DNA from: Candidatus Uhrbacteria bacterium
GTDB lineage: Bacteria > Patescibacteriota > Patescibacteriia > UBA9934 > GWF2-40-263
Assembly (NCBI GenBank): GCA_016209325.1
Contig: JACQWJ010000034.1
Location: 220 to 64,219, forward strand
Reading direction: 5' to 3'
Length of the DNA: 64,000 bases
In this document: one piece after another, positions 24,474-34,598 of the stretch
Numbering within the stretch: position 1 is the stretch's first letter
How the letters are laid out: each line of letters opens with the position of its first letter
Notes under the pieces: generated by a model
What the model saw: only the letters and a program-made list of their open reading frames with translations
Database searches by the model: none
What the model was told of the DNA's origin: nothing
Translations under genes and position numbers: made by a program

Positions 24474-27323
24474 TCAATGTGAAAAACGCAAGGTCACGTC
24501 CTCCAAAACCGGCGTGGACGTTCCATCCCCCCGCAAGAAGCCTTTCCATTGGATCCAACGGCTCCCCGTCGCGTTTGGATCCGACTGCATGGCTTCACCT
24601 GAAACAGCATACGCGGTATCTGGAGTTCCGTCCGGACCTGTCCAGACCGCGTCCGCCAAAGAGGACTCCGTGGCAGCCGTTCGGATACGGAGCTCGACGG
24701 AACCCGTCCCCGACACGGTCCAAGCGGCGCTCAGCCAGTCCGTCGCATCATATCCCGCATCAAAGGCAGTGGAGGTGATGGTACCGTCCTGCGTGTAGCC
24801 GGTCGCAGCCGGTCCAGGCCCGACGATCTGCGCGTCGAGCGTGTCGTGCTCGGTTCCCAAAAACGCGTACGTGCCGTTGAAAAAGACGGCGTTCGCATCC
24901 GCGTCAGCGTCAAACGAAGAACGCAGCAGGGGCGAACTCGGAACAGACAGATCCCAGCGCTGAACCTCGGCATTGTCCGCGTCCAAGCCAACGAACACGA
25001 ACGTCGTCGATTGGAACGCGACGGCATTCACAGCGGAGGCCGCTTGGGTCTGGCTACTGACGACGGGAGAGGAGGGATTCTGGACGCTGACCAACAGCAG
25101 TTCCCCGTCCGCGCTGTCCGCACGACCGACAAGAACCAGACTTCCACTCTTCGCGAGCGCGCGACCGTCTGCCGTTCCATTTGCGTTGGCTGCGGATGTC
25201 AGGACCGGGACCGCTGGATTCGACACATTGAAAACAGCGAGCTCGCGCGCGTCATCGCTGGTTGCCGCATACAGCCAGGAGCTGTCCACAACCAAATCGT
25301 TGATGTTCCCATTGAAGCCAAGTGAGCCGCGCAAGGTGGGTGCGGCGGGATTCGTGACATTCAGGACGAACAGTTCGTTTGGACTGCCCGTCTGGCGACC
25401 GAGATACGCGGTCGTACCCGACAAGGCGACCGAAAACCCGTCCTGGCTCCCTTGGGCATCATAGCTTCCGGCCCGGACGGGAGCGGTTTTAGAACGGACA
25501 TCGATGATGTCCAACTCTCGGGTGTTCTGACTCGTGGCCAAATAGGCGTACCCGTTGCTGACAACGATATCCGAAACCGTTCCCCCAATCTCAAAGGATC
25601 CGCGCAGGACAGGAACAGCCGCGTTGGAAACGTCGTAGATGAAGAACTCCCGATCGCTGCTCGTAGAAAGCGTTCCGATGTACAGATACGCTCCGTCCAC
25701 GAACACGGAACGAACGTCGTGCGTGCCGCTCTTGTTGGCGGACCCGACGCGCACGGGAGCATCCCATCCCCCCTGCCCCGCCTCAAACACATTCAAGTCG
25801 GCAGCGTTGGCCTGGCCGCCGACGTATGCCCGCCCTCCGGAGAACGCAATACTGCGCGCATCATCAGTTCCCGAAATATCCCCCGATGACGCGAGAACCA
25901 AGGGGTCGAGATTCAATACCATCAGTTCGCCCGCGTCGGAAGAGGTCGCGACAAACGCAAAGGTGGTCTCGGGGTCAAGCGCGATATCCCGGACCGAGGC
26001 ATTGAGCTCAAGGCTGCCGAGAAGCGGAAGGCCCGCGTCAGGATCCGAGGCGTCGAGTATGGCAAACTCCTGTGAACTTCCCGAGGTGCGACCCACATAC
26101 AGACGGTCATCTCGCCATTCCAAGCTGAGGGTATCATCGTTCCCCGACAGGTTGACGGCCCGTGTCCTCACGAAGCTGGAACGGCTGATGACGGAAATCT
26201 CCTCATTGTTGGCCGTCGTGGCCACAAAGGCATGGGTAGGGGAAAACGCGATGTCGGTCGGGGTTATCCCCAACTCCGTGGTCCCAAGAAGCGGGAGACT
26301 CGCAAGAGGATCGCTCACGTCATAAAACGTAACTTCGGGCTGACCGGAAGCAGCCCGAACGATGCCGAGAGTCGATTCAGAAACCGCGAGTGCCAACGCA
26401 TCCGCGGTTCCGGACAGATCCAACGTGCCGACCGTAACCATTGAAGTCAGACTGACGATGGTCACCTCGGCCCCATCCTGGACGGAAGAAAGGTAGGCAT
26501 AGCCGTTTGCCACGGCCATGTCGGTAAACGTGATGCCCCCGAATTCCGCTCCGCGCACGACGGTCGGCGCAGCGTCGGAATCGCCGCTCACGTCGAACGC
26601 CTGTAACTCGTTTCCCGAAGTGGAAGTGGAAAGGACGTACAGGAGATCCTGCGACGCGTCGACCGCCGCAGCAATGCGATCCCCATCACCGTCCAGATTG
26701 AGCGTGTACGCAAGGAGGGCCTTCTTCCAGGCGGGATCGGCAGACTCCAGCAGGACTTCCCCACCCTCCGCGTTTTGGATCTGTGTCCCATGTCTCCGAC
26801 CTGCCTCAAAATCCGTGCGTGTCGTCTGCGTCCAGGCGGAGATCAACCAATTGAAGACGTACACGACCGATTCCCAGCGGCGGGGAATGTTTTGGAAGGG
26901 CTCGCTTGTTTCAAGAGTGACCGTCACTTGCTTCGCCCCTGGATCCAACGTGCCCGTCTCCGCGATAGCGCCTTCCAATCCGTCGGTGCGATAGACGTCT
27001 TCGACGAGAAGCGTGCGCGTGTACGATCCGTTGCGCAACGATTCCGGATCGCCCTGGAAGGCATAATAGCCGACCGCGGTCGTGAGGCCGTGAGTCCCGT
27101 TCACGAGTTCCCCCCAGTCGCGGTCGCGAATCGAACGCGCCGCCTGCACGCCTTCCTCGAGATAGCCGGTCGCGACCGTCTCGAGTCGTCCTCGCTCCAC
27201 GGCATCCAACGACAAAAGAAGCGCCGTAAACGTCCCCAAGGCCACCAAGGACACGATTGCCATGGCCAAGACGGCCTCCAAAATCGATTGTCCGGCGGGA
27301 AACGTGTGCTGACGCATACTCAC
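24474..27323 (-). CDS. PilV-like minor pilin fused to LVIVD-type beta-propeller repeats (putative adhesin)
   Basis: AGQSILEAVLAMAI; many repeats of the type ..GNYAYLAT....EL.I.DVS.P..P.L.GS; 949 aa. Confidence 0.82.
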   Translation of the reverse strand: MSMRQHTFPAGQSILEAVLAMAIVSLVALGTFTALLLSLDAVERGRLETVATGYLEEGVQAARSIRDRDWGELVNGTHGLTTAVGYYAFQGDPESLRNGSYTRTLLVEDVYRTDGLEGAIAETGTLDPGAKQVTVTLETSEPFQNIPRRWESVVYVFNWLISAWTQTTRTDFEAGRRHGTQIQNAEGGEVLLESADPAWKKALLAYTLNLDGDGDRIAAAVDASQDLLYVLSTSTSGNELQAFDVSGDSDAAPTVVRGAEFGGITFTDMAVANGYAYLSSVQDGAEVTIVSLTSMVTVGTLDLSGTADALALAVSESTLGIVRAASGQPEVTFYDVSDPLASLPLLGTTELGITPTDIAFSPTHAFVATTANNEEISVISRSSFVRTRAVNLSGNDDTLSLEWRDDRLYVGRTSGSSQEFAILDASDPDAGLPLLGSLELNASVRDIALDPETTFAFVATSSDAGELMVLNLDPLVLASSGDISGTDDARSIAFSGGRAYVGGQANAADLNVFEAGQGGWDAPVRVGSANKSGTHDVRSVFVDGAYLYIGTLSTSSDREFFIYDVSNAAVPVLRGSFEIGGTVSDIVVSNGYAYLATSQNTRELDIIDVRSKTAPVRAGSYDAQGSQDGFSVALSGTTAYLGRQTGSPNELFVLNVTNPAAPTLRGSLGFNGNINDLVVDSSWLYAATSDDARELAVFNVSNPAVPVLTSAANANGTADGRALAKSGSLVLVGRADSADGELLLVSVQNPSSPVVSSQTQAASAVNAVAFQSTTFVFVGLDADNAEVQRWDLSVPSSPLLRSSFDADADANAVFFNGTYAFLGTEHDTLDAQIVGPGPAATGYTQDGTITSTAFDAGYDATDWLSAAWTVSGTGSVELRIRTAATESSLADAVWTGPDGTPDTAYAVSGEAMQSDPNATGSRWIQWKGFLRGDGTSTPVLEDVTLRFSH

Positions 27324-27757
27324 GAGCTGACCAAACCGTTGGCGTTGACCTCAAGGGAAACGGAACGTCCTGCATCGGGAACTGTAAGCGTGATCGTACC
27401 CGTCTGTGCGGTCTCCCCCGTACGGATCTGAAACACGACATCCGAAAGGCCCGAGGCACGGACAGAGGAAGGAAAGACGCGCACTTCATCCACATCCAGA
27501 TCGCGCTCCACGTAACTTGTCCCTTGAAACAAGGTTGCTCGATCAGATTCCAGATGGACCCCCCACACGCCCCCCTGGTCGCCGTTCACGGTCCGTTCCT
27601 GCGCGCGACGGAGCACATCCTCGACGGCCTGACGTTCGGCCGCCAACTGGAGGACGGGCAACGCGCTGAACGCAAACACGACGGCACCCCCCAGAAGGAG
27701 GCCGGTGAGTGCGATAACGATCAAGAGTTCGACCAACGTAAATCCGCGATGAACCAT
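27320..27757 (-). CDS. FimT/GspH-like minor pilin
   Basis: RGFTLVELLIVIAL. Confidence 0.85.
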   Translation of the reverse strand: MVHRGFTLVELLIVIALTGLLLGGAVVFAFSALPVLQLAAERQAVEDVLRRAQERTVNGDQGGVWGVHLESDRATLFQGTSYVERDLDVDEVRVFPSSVRASGLSDVVFQIRTGETAQTGTITLTVPDAGRSVSLEVNANGLVSS

Positions 27758-27834
27758 AGAGACAGGGTGCACACGCGTGCGCACCCGGGAACGGTTGTGC
27801 GGACGCACGGGAAGCGGGAGCGCGCGGACGTCAT

Positions 27835-28953
27835 CTAGAGACGAACACCGGAAGTCACGGAATAAATAGGAGTGAAAATGGAGATGGCGAGAAACCCAAT
27901 CGACAGACCAATGATGAGGAGGAGGATGGGTTCGACGAGTGTTGCAAAGGCTTTGGCCTCGACCGCGACTTTGTCTTCGTAAAACCGGGCGAGATACGTC
28001 AGGGAATCGCCCGTGCCTGCCGACCGCTCGCCGACGGCCACGGCACGCTGGATCATCGTGGGGTAGAGGCGCGGAAACAAGGCTAATCCACCAGCCAGTC
28101 CCTGGCCGCTTTCGACCCGGGACCTCAGTTGAGAAATGGAACGACGGTAGATCACATTTGACAGGGCGTCTTCAGACAGGGTCAGGGCTTCTGGAAGCGG
28201 TAGACCGGTCTGTAGAAGCGTGCCAAGGGTGCGGCAGAAGCGGGCGCGGTTGACGTCGTGAAAAAACCGTCCGAGGAGGGGAGCGCGCAAAAGCGCCCGC
28301 TCGACGAGCGGGCGCACGCGAGGGTGACAAAGAAGCAGCGCGAACGCCAGAAGCACGAGGACGGAGCCCGGAAGGAGAACAAATCCGTAGCGGTCCAGGA
28401 GGTCAGCAAGCGCGATAAGGAGCCGGGTGGTCCAGGGAAGCTCGACGCGGAGTGACTGGAACACGCGGGCAAGCTTCGGGAGGACAAAGATTGCGAGACC
28501 CCCACCGATGAGACCAGTCGTGACGAGGACGAACGCCGGATAGGCCATGGCGCCGCGGACGCTCCTGCGGAGACGTAGCTCCTGCTCGAGCTGCTCGGCG
28601 ACGCGTGTCAGGTTCGCGGCCAGGGTACCGGACTGCTCGCCAACACGCACCGCATTCATGAACACAGGACCGAACAAGCGGGCGCTGTCCCGGATCGCTT
28701 CGGCAAACGGACGGCCGGACCGCACGTCAGCATGCCAGGCGCGGAGCCGATGCTTGAACGGACCGGCGGTCTCGGCTACGAGAGCCTCGAGCGCTTCGGG
28801 AATGGTCAAACCCGCAGCCAGCATGACCGACAGGTTCTTGGTAAGTGTCACGGTATCCGTCGAACCCGCACTGCCCCATGCGAAACGGAGAAGTGTACGC
28901 AGGCGACCCTCGTTGAGGGAAGCAGGAACAAGACCGGCGTGCGAGCGGTTCAT
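27835..28953 (-). CDS. pilC: Type IV pilus platform protein (GspF/PilC)
   Basis: L..ML.AGL.I.EAL, GEQSGTL, AM.YP, GERSAG, LVEP. Confidence 0.9.
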   Translation of the reverse strand: MNRSHAGLVPASLNEGRLRTLLRFAWGSAGSTDTVTLTKNLSVMLAAGLTIPEALEALVAETAGPFKHRLRAWHADVRSGRPFAEAIRDSARLFGPVFMNAVRVGEQSGTLAANLTRVAEQLEQELRLRRSVRGAMAYPAFVLVTTGLIGGGLAIFVLPKLARVFQSLRVELPWTTRLLIALADLLDRYGFVLLPGSVLVLLAFALLLCHPRVRPLVERALLRAPLLGRFFHDVNRARFCRTLGTLLQTGLPLPEALTLSEDALSNVIYRRSISQLRSRVESGQGLAGGLALFPRLYPTMIQRAVAVGERSAGTGDSLTYLARFYEDKVAVEAKAFATLVEPILLLIIGLSIGFLAISIFTPIYSVTSGVRL

Positions 28954-30638
28954 ATGCGGACGGCGCGCAGGACCTCTTCCACGCTGGTGAGGCCGGTCAT
29001 GGCTTTACGGAGCCCGTCGGACAGCATGGGAATCATCCCCTCCTTCAGGGCCGCAGCGCGAATGTCGTCGGCATTCCGACGCTCCATGACAGCCGTACGA
29101 ACAGCGTCCGTGACCCGCAGGAACTCAAACACGCCCACGCGCCCGTGATAACCACTCTGGTGGCACACCCCACATCCTTTGCCTTTGAACAGACGCACGT
29201 GGACCAAGTCGCGCTTGTCTGCAAGGCCCAAAAGTTCTTTGCGAATTTCTGGCACACGTTCAAGTAAATGGACCTCTGTTTGGGTGAGAGGAGACGTCTG
29301 AATACAACTCATACAGATACGCCGCACCAGCCGCTGGGCCAGGATCGCGTTGACCGTGGAGGCAATGAGAAAATCATCGACCTGCATGTCCGCCAGACGG
29401 GGAAAGGCCGTGGCTGCGTCGTTCGTGTGCAAGGTGGACAGGACGAGATGGCCGGTCATGGCCGCGTTGACAGCGATGTGCGCGGTCTCCGTATCGCGGA
29501 TCTCCCCTACCATGATCACGTTTGGATCCTGACGGACAATGGAGCGCAGACCTTTGGCGAAGGTGAGGTCCGCGCGCTCGTCCACCTGGATCTGGTTGAC
29601 ACCCACCATGTCATACTCAACGGGATCTTCAATGGTCGTAATATTGGCCTCGCGGCGATTCAGAATCTTGAGTGCGGCATAGAGGGTGGTCGACTTGCCC
29701 GAGCCCGTGGGACCCGTGACAAGGAACATCCCCCAGGACCGGCGGAGCATGTCGGACAGCTTCTGCGCGTCGTCGGGATGGAGACCGAGGTCGGAGAGCG
29801 AAAAGTCGCGGCTCTTGTCGGTCAGGAGGCGCATGACGGCTTTCTCGCCATGGGTCGTCGGAATGATCGATAGACGGATTTCAATCTCCTGACCCCAGGA
29901 GGAGGCAAAGGTGATCTTTCCGTCCTGGGCTGTCCGATGCTCGTCCGTGGCCAACCGCCCCAAAACTTTGAGACGGGAAATGACCGAATCCTGAAGGGCG
30001 GGGGGAATCTCCGCCATGTCGCGCAAGAGGCCATCGACGCGATACCGAATCGCGGTGTACGCATCCTCGGGATCGAGGTGGACGTCCGACGCCCCGGCCT
30101 GAAAGGCGGACTCGATCATGAGGGCGACGAGCTCGACGGTCGCGGCCCCGGCTTCGAGCGCCCCCGTCTGGAACCGCTCAAACAAGCCAGCAAACGACAC
30201 GGCGGGGTCCTCCCGAAACAGGGACATGTGCCCTTGGATGTCCCGCGAGGTGGCGTACGCGAACGACACGGACTTGCGCAAATACTTCTCGAGGAGAGAA
30301 CGGATGGGAGCATCCCGGGGATCGGTCGTGGCCACGAGCACGGATCCGTCCTTGGAAGAAACAGGGACGAGTCCATGACTGCGAATAAAGGTTTCCGGAA
30401 GCAACCCACGCATGTCCTCGGAAACGTGGGTCTGCTCCAAATTGACAAAGGGAACCTGGTACCACCACGCCATAAGCTGACCGAGTTCGACATCCTTCAA
30501 AACACCCCGTTGAACAAGAGCCTCTTCCAGCCCCAGACGGGCGGCCTCGGGTGCGCAGGCCGTCTCTTCAAATTGCGTCTGGCTGAGGCCTCCTCCTCCC
30601 ACCAAGGCTTCCTCCAATTGTGCGCGGGTAAGTCCCAT
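28950..30638 (-). CDS. pilB: Type IV pilus assembly ATPase (GspE/PilB)
   Basis: ASDVHLDP, GPTGSGKSTT, TIEDPVE, RQDPNVIMVGEIRD, TGHLVLSTLHTN, tetra-Cys motif. Confidence 0.95.
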   Translation of the reverse strand: MGLTRAQLEEALVGGGGLSQTQFEETACAPEAARLGLEEALVQRGVLKDVELGQLMAWWYQVPFVNLEQTHVSEDMRGLLPETFIRSHGLVPVSSKDGSVLVATTDPRDAPIRSLLEKYLRKSVSFAYATSRDIQGHMSLFREDPAVSFAGLFERFQTGALEAGAATVELVALMIESAFQAGASDVHLDPEDAYTAIRYRVDGLLRDMAEIPPALQDSVISRLKVLGRLATDEHRTAQDGKITFASSWGQEIEIRLSIIPTTHGEKAVMRLLTDKSRDFSLSDLGLHPDDAQKLSDMLRRSWGMFLVTGPTGSGKSTTLYAALKILNRREANITTIEDPVEYDMVGVNQIQVDERADLTFAKGLRSIVRQDPNVIMVGEIRDTETAHIAVNAAMTGHLVLSTLHTNDAATAFPRLADMQVDDFLIASTVNAILAQRLVRRICMSCIQTSPLTQTEVHLLERVPEIRKELLGLADKRDLVHVRLFKGKGCGVCHQSGYHGRVGVFEFLRVTDAVRTAVMERRNADDIRAAALKEGMIPMLSDGLRKAMTGLTSVEEVLRAVRI

Positions 30639-30709
30639 AGAGCGGATGTCGTAGGGGCGTTGAACAGTCAGATTATAGCATCGGAACGGACGCGAACGAA
30701 GAGACGAGA

Positions 30710-32110
30710 TCAAGTCCCCTTCGGTGACCGTTCAGCCTTCAGGGGCAGGAGGACGTAAAAAGCGGTTCCCTTTCCCTCTTCGGAACGAAACCAAATTTCG
30801 CCCCCGGCCTGGTCGACGATGGCTTTGGTCGTATACAAACCGAGTCCTGTGCCGCTCGTCTCCTTGCCAATAACGTTGTCCGCGCGAAACAGTTTGGTAA
30901 ACACCTGATTCTGCTGATGGAACGGGATCCCGTAGCCCGTGTCGGAAACCGTGAGAAAGACGCTCGCACGGCGCACGGCGCGGTCGGCGGCGCGCTCTCC
31001 TGCCCGCTTGCCCTCGAGTACGACCGTTACCGTGCCAGATTTGGGGGTGTACTTCACGGCGTTCGACACGAGGTTGTCGAACACGATTTCGAGGAGCTTC
31101 TGATCGGTCTGTAAAACAGGCAGAGAGGGTGTAAAACGCGTCTTGAGGTGTAGACCACGCAGACGGAGTACAGGACGGCATTCCTGGAGGATGGCGCGCA
31201 TGCTTCGCACCACGTCCACCTGCTCGCGCTTGAACGCAAGCGTCCCAAGGTCGATTCGCGACACGCGCAGGAACGCATCCACGAGCTCGACCATGCGCTG
31301 GTTGCTCTGATACAAGAGATCGAGGTACTCGCGCTGCTTGTCGTTAACCGCCCCCGGAATTCCTGCGAGCAACATGTCCGCGTACCAACGAACGGCTGTG
31401 AGTGGAGTCCGGAGCTGGTGGGAGGCAAGACCGACGAACTCAGTCTTGGCGCGGTCGACCTCCTTTTCGCGTGTCATGTCGCGGAACACGAGCACCGCGC
31501 CCGCGGCCTGCCCTTCGGAGACCACCGAGGCACAGGTCGCGACCATGGGAAAGCGTGTGCTGTCCTTGCGACGCAGATAAAACGTGGGGAGGAGAGAAAA
31601 GACCGTCTTGGCGCGCGCGGTTTTTCCCGGTCGGAGCGGATGCCGTCCACGCGCTAACGAACGCCCTTTCTCGTCGTCGATACGCACAACGGACAATCCC
31701 GACTTCCCATGTGCTTCCTCTGCCTTCCAACCGAGGAGTATCTCGGCTTCCTGATTCATGAGCATGATGCGCCCTTTTTCGTCCGTAGCGACGACGCCAT
31801 CGCCAAGACTCGTAAGCAACGCCTGACACCTACCCTTCTCCTTCTCAAGTTCGCGGGTGCGACGGGCGAATTGGAGGAACGCCGAACGGTAGCGCGCGGT
31901 TCCGATAAGTAGACCCGTCACAGCCAAAGCACAACCTCCAAGGGCAAGCGGGCCGAGACCGGACAAGGAGCGCAGCATGGCAAGCGCGACGTCGAACCCT
32001 TGCCAGAAGCCGAGCGCCAAAAATCCCAGCAGGAACAGGTCTGCCAGACCGAACGCGAACAGGCACAGGAAGAGAAACCGACGTTCCGCCTCCCAGGAAC
32101 GTGAGGACAT
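30710..32110 (-). CDS. PAS-domain sensor histidine kinase
   Basis: ASHQLRTPLT, NLVSNAVKYT, DTGYGIP, GTGLGL. Confidence 0.93.
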   Translation of the reverse strand: MSSRSWEAERRFLFLCLFAFGLADLFLLGFLALGFWQGFDVALAMLRSLSGLGPLALGGCALAVTGLLIGTARYRSAFLQFARRTRELEKEKGRCQALLTSLGDGVVATDEKGRIMLMNQEAEILLGWKAEEAHGKSGLSVVRIDDEKGRSLARGRHPLRPGKTARAKTVFSLLPTFYLRRKDSTRFPMVATCASVVSEGQAAGAVLVFRDMTREKEVDRAKTEFVGLASHQLRTPLTAVRWYADMLLAGIPGAVNDKQREYLDLLYQSNQRMVELVDAFLRVSRIDLGTLAFKREQVDVVRSMRAILQECRPVLRLRGLHLKTRFTPSLPVLQTDQKLLEIVFDNLVSNAVKYTPKSGTVTVVLEGKRAGERAADRAVRRASVFLTVSDTGYGIPFHQQNQVFTKLFRADNVIGKETSGTGLGLYTTKAIVDQAGGEIWFRSEEGKGTAFYVLLPLKAERSPKGT

Positions 32111-32236
32111 AGCGCGAAACGCGCGACACCTGTCTACCGACAGGCAAGCTCAGAGAGTAGTCGTTCCAGTATAGCAAAAAACGCGCACAAACGGAATGCA
32201 AAACGACTCCGGAGAGGAGTCGTTTTGTGGGGACAC

Positions 32237-32617
32237 TCAGGTGTCGAGCGTATCCTGAATCTTCTTTACCACGTCAGGCAGGGAGTAGTTGGCCTTGATG
32301 AAGTACTCCTTGGCGCCGAGCGCGAGACCGCGCGCGATGTCGTCGTCCTGGCCAAGATTCGAGAGAATCAGTGTGGGAATCTTTTTCAGAGCCGGATCCT
32401 TATGTTTCTCTTCCAACGTTTCAAATCCGTCCTTGATGGGCATGATGAGGTCGAGGAGCACGAGGTCCGGATGCCAGGCGCGCATCTGCTTCAGACCGTC
32501 TTCCCCGTTCGTCACCGTCATGACCTCATACCCAGCATGCTCCAACCCCGCGGTATAGGCGCGCAAGATAAAGTCGTCGTCTTCCACCACCAAAATGCGT
32601 TTCACGCTGGTTTTCAT
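32237..32617 (-). CDS. Single-domain response regulator
   Basis: ILVVEDD, PDLVLLDLIMP, ILSN, YFIK. Confidence 0.92.
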   Translation of the reverse strand: MKTSVKRILVVEDDDFILRAYTAGLEHAGYEVMTVTNGEDGLKQMRAWHPDLVLLDLIMPIKDGFETLEEKHKDPALKKIPTLILSNLGQDDDIARGLALGAKEYFIKANYSLPDVVKKIQDTLDT

Positions 32618-32685
32618 ACATGTTTGAGCCCCAAACCTAGCACGACATCCAATTTTTGGCAAGAGCAAGCGAAATAAATGAACGT

Positions 32686-33789
32686 CTACCATCGCACGAC
32701 TGCTTTCAGCAAAAAGAAGTACGCGACCATCAACGGATTGACGACTCGTTTGAGGAGCGGGTTTTCAATTTCCTGGGCTTCGATTCTTCCTACCATGTAG
32801 CGGAGAATCTCACGATCCGGAACCCGGCGGATGCGCGCGGTTTGGCGGCGCAGACGGCGAATCCAGGACCAGGTGGAGGGAAGGAAAAAAAAGGCCCACA
32901 CCCGACATTTCTCCTTCAACCATCCTGACTTCCAGGCAAATGCCGCCGTGCCCCCCTCCATCACGAGGAGTGGAAGGAGCATGAGCAGAAGAGTGGGTAA
33001 CCGCAAGCGGGACGCGTGCGTCACCAGGCGGTTGCGCTCCATCAGGTAAAATTTCGCGATGCTGCGGGAAAACTCGTAGCGATGATAGATCACCGACGCC
33101 TCGGCGTAGGCGTGCCTGTATCCCGCCAGACGCGCCCGCCAAGCGAGGTCTACGTCGTCGTGGTACATGAAGTAGGCGGGATCGAACAGGCCACCGACCG
33201 CTTCCAAGACGCCGGTCCGGACGAGAAGCCCGGCGCCGCTGTTGAAAAAATGGGGACGTGGATGCCGGCGTGCGTCTTCCGGCGTCCGACGATAGCCGTC
33301 GGAAAAACCGAATCCCAAAACATGGAGGCAATTGCCGCAGGAATTCAGGAGGAACGGCTCCTGCTTCAGCATCACGCGGGACTGAACTGTGGCGATCCGG
33401 GGGTCAGAGGCGGCGACCCGTACGGCCTCCTCCAGAAAACCGGGATCGCAGACGGTGTCCTGGTTCAACAGATACAGGAAGTCCGGCTCCCAGGAACGGA
33501 TGGCTTCATGCGCCGCGACGTGTCCGCCCGCGAACCCCGTATTTTTTTCAGATCGTACAAACGTCATCTCCGGCAGCGTTCGGCGGGCTTTTGGCATCCA
33601 ACGCGTCCGAAACAGCTCCTCCGCGCGGCAGTCGTCCCCGTAGGGATTGTCGACCACCACGATATGCCAACGGTCATGCGGATAGGAGACTTGCTCCAGG
33701 GAACAAAAACAGTCCTCGATGTCCTTCTCCGCCCCCGGATGGAGATAGGCGAGATACTGAACGGCAACTTTGGGCAGGAGCGTGGTCAT
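32686..33789 (-). CDS. Glycosyltransferase family 2
   Basis: VVDN, NTGFAGG, LLNQD, YFMYHDDVDL. Confidence 0.9.
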   Translation of the reverse strand: MTTLLPKVAVQYLAYLHPGAEKDIEDCFCSLEQVSYPHDRWHIVVVDNPYGDDCRAEELFRTRWMPKARRTLPEMTFVRSEKNTGFAGGHVAAHEAIRSWEPDFLYLLNQDTVCDPGFLEEAVRVAASDPRIATVQSRVMLKQEPFLLNSCGNCLHVLGFGFSDGYRRTPEDARRHPRPHFFNSGAGLLVRTGVLEAVGGLFDPAYFMYHDDVDLAWRARLAGYRHAYAEASVIYHRYEFSRSIAKFYLMERNRLVTHASRLRLPTLLLMLLPLLVMEGGTAAFAWKSGWLKEKCRVWAFFFLPSTWSWIRRLRRQTARIRRVPDREILRYMVGRIEAQEIENPLLKRVVNPLMVAYFFLLKAVVRW

Positions 33790-34598
33790 ATCCGCTTGCC
33801 CGCCCATTTGAGCGCATATTTCATCCAGCTGGCGATGTGGGCGCGGGCCATGGGGTTGAAGAAAAAATTCGCCAGCAGGCCCTTCTCCTTATCCGAAGCC
33901 TTGCCGTACAAATGAAGAATCTCGGCGTGGGGGACGTAGTAGACGGGCCGGCAGCGCTCCCAACACTGGCGGCAGAGATCGGTATCCTCAAAATACATGA
34001 AGAAACGCCGATCGAATCCCCCGAGCTCGCGAAACAAGTCGGCAGAAATCATGAGGGCCGAGCCCTGCACCCAGTCGACCATGCGCGGTCGCTCGTGGTC
34101 GTAATCACACATGAGAAAGCGGCGCGCGTAGCGTGCGGAGAACGCTCCGAGCCAGTTCGTACGCTGCGCGAAGGGCATGAACCAGGCGGGAAAGCGGCGG
34201 CAGGTCTCCTGCAGGCGGCCATCGAGGTAGCGCAGGCGGGGCGCGGCGATGCCCGTCCTCGGGTGGGCCCGCATGAACGCGTACAGCTTGTCGAAGACGG
34301 CCAGGTCGCCGATGGAGGTGTCCGGATTCAAAAAGAAATAATAATCGGCCGAAACTTCCTCCACGCCCCGGTTGAGGGAGGCGCCCATACCGTAGTTCCC
34401 GTCACGCTGGATGACGAGGGGACGCCGCATGTGCGTATGCGCAAGAACGGCGGCATCGAGCTCGGTCGAGGCATTGTCGACCAATACGAAACTGATCCTC
34501 AGGGGAGAGGCATCGATGGCGCGTTGGACCGAAGGAAGATCCAGAATCTTGTTGTAAGACACCATGACGACGGCGATGTCGAAATGCTCACGGGGCAT
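33786..34598 (-). CDS. Glycosyltransferase family 2 (rhamnosyltransferase-like)
   Basis: VDNAS, FLNPDT, DWVQGS, GFD.RFFMYFEDTDLC. Confidence 0.9.
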   Translation of the reverse strand: MPREHFDIAVVMVSYNKILDLPSVQRAIDASPLRISFVLVDNASTELDAAVLAHTHMRRPLVIQRDGNYGMGASLNRGVEEVSADYYFFLNPDTSIGDLAVFDKLYAFMRAHPRTGIAAPRLRYLDGRLQETCRRFPAWFMPFAQRTNWLGAFSARYARRFLMCDYDHERPRMVDWVQGSALMISADLFRELGGFDRRFFMYFEDTDLCRQCWERCRPVYYVPHAEILHLYGKASDKEKGLLANFFFNPMARAHIASWMKYALKWAGKRI

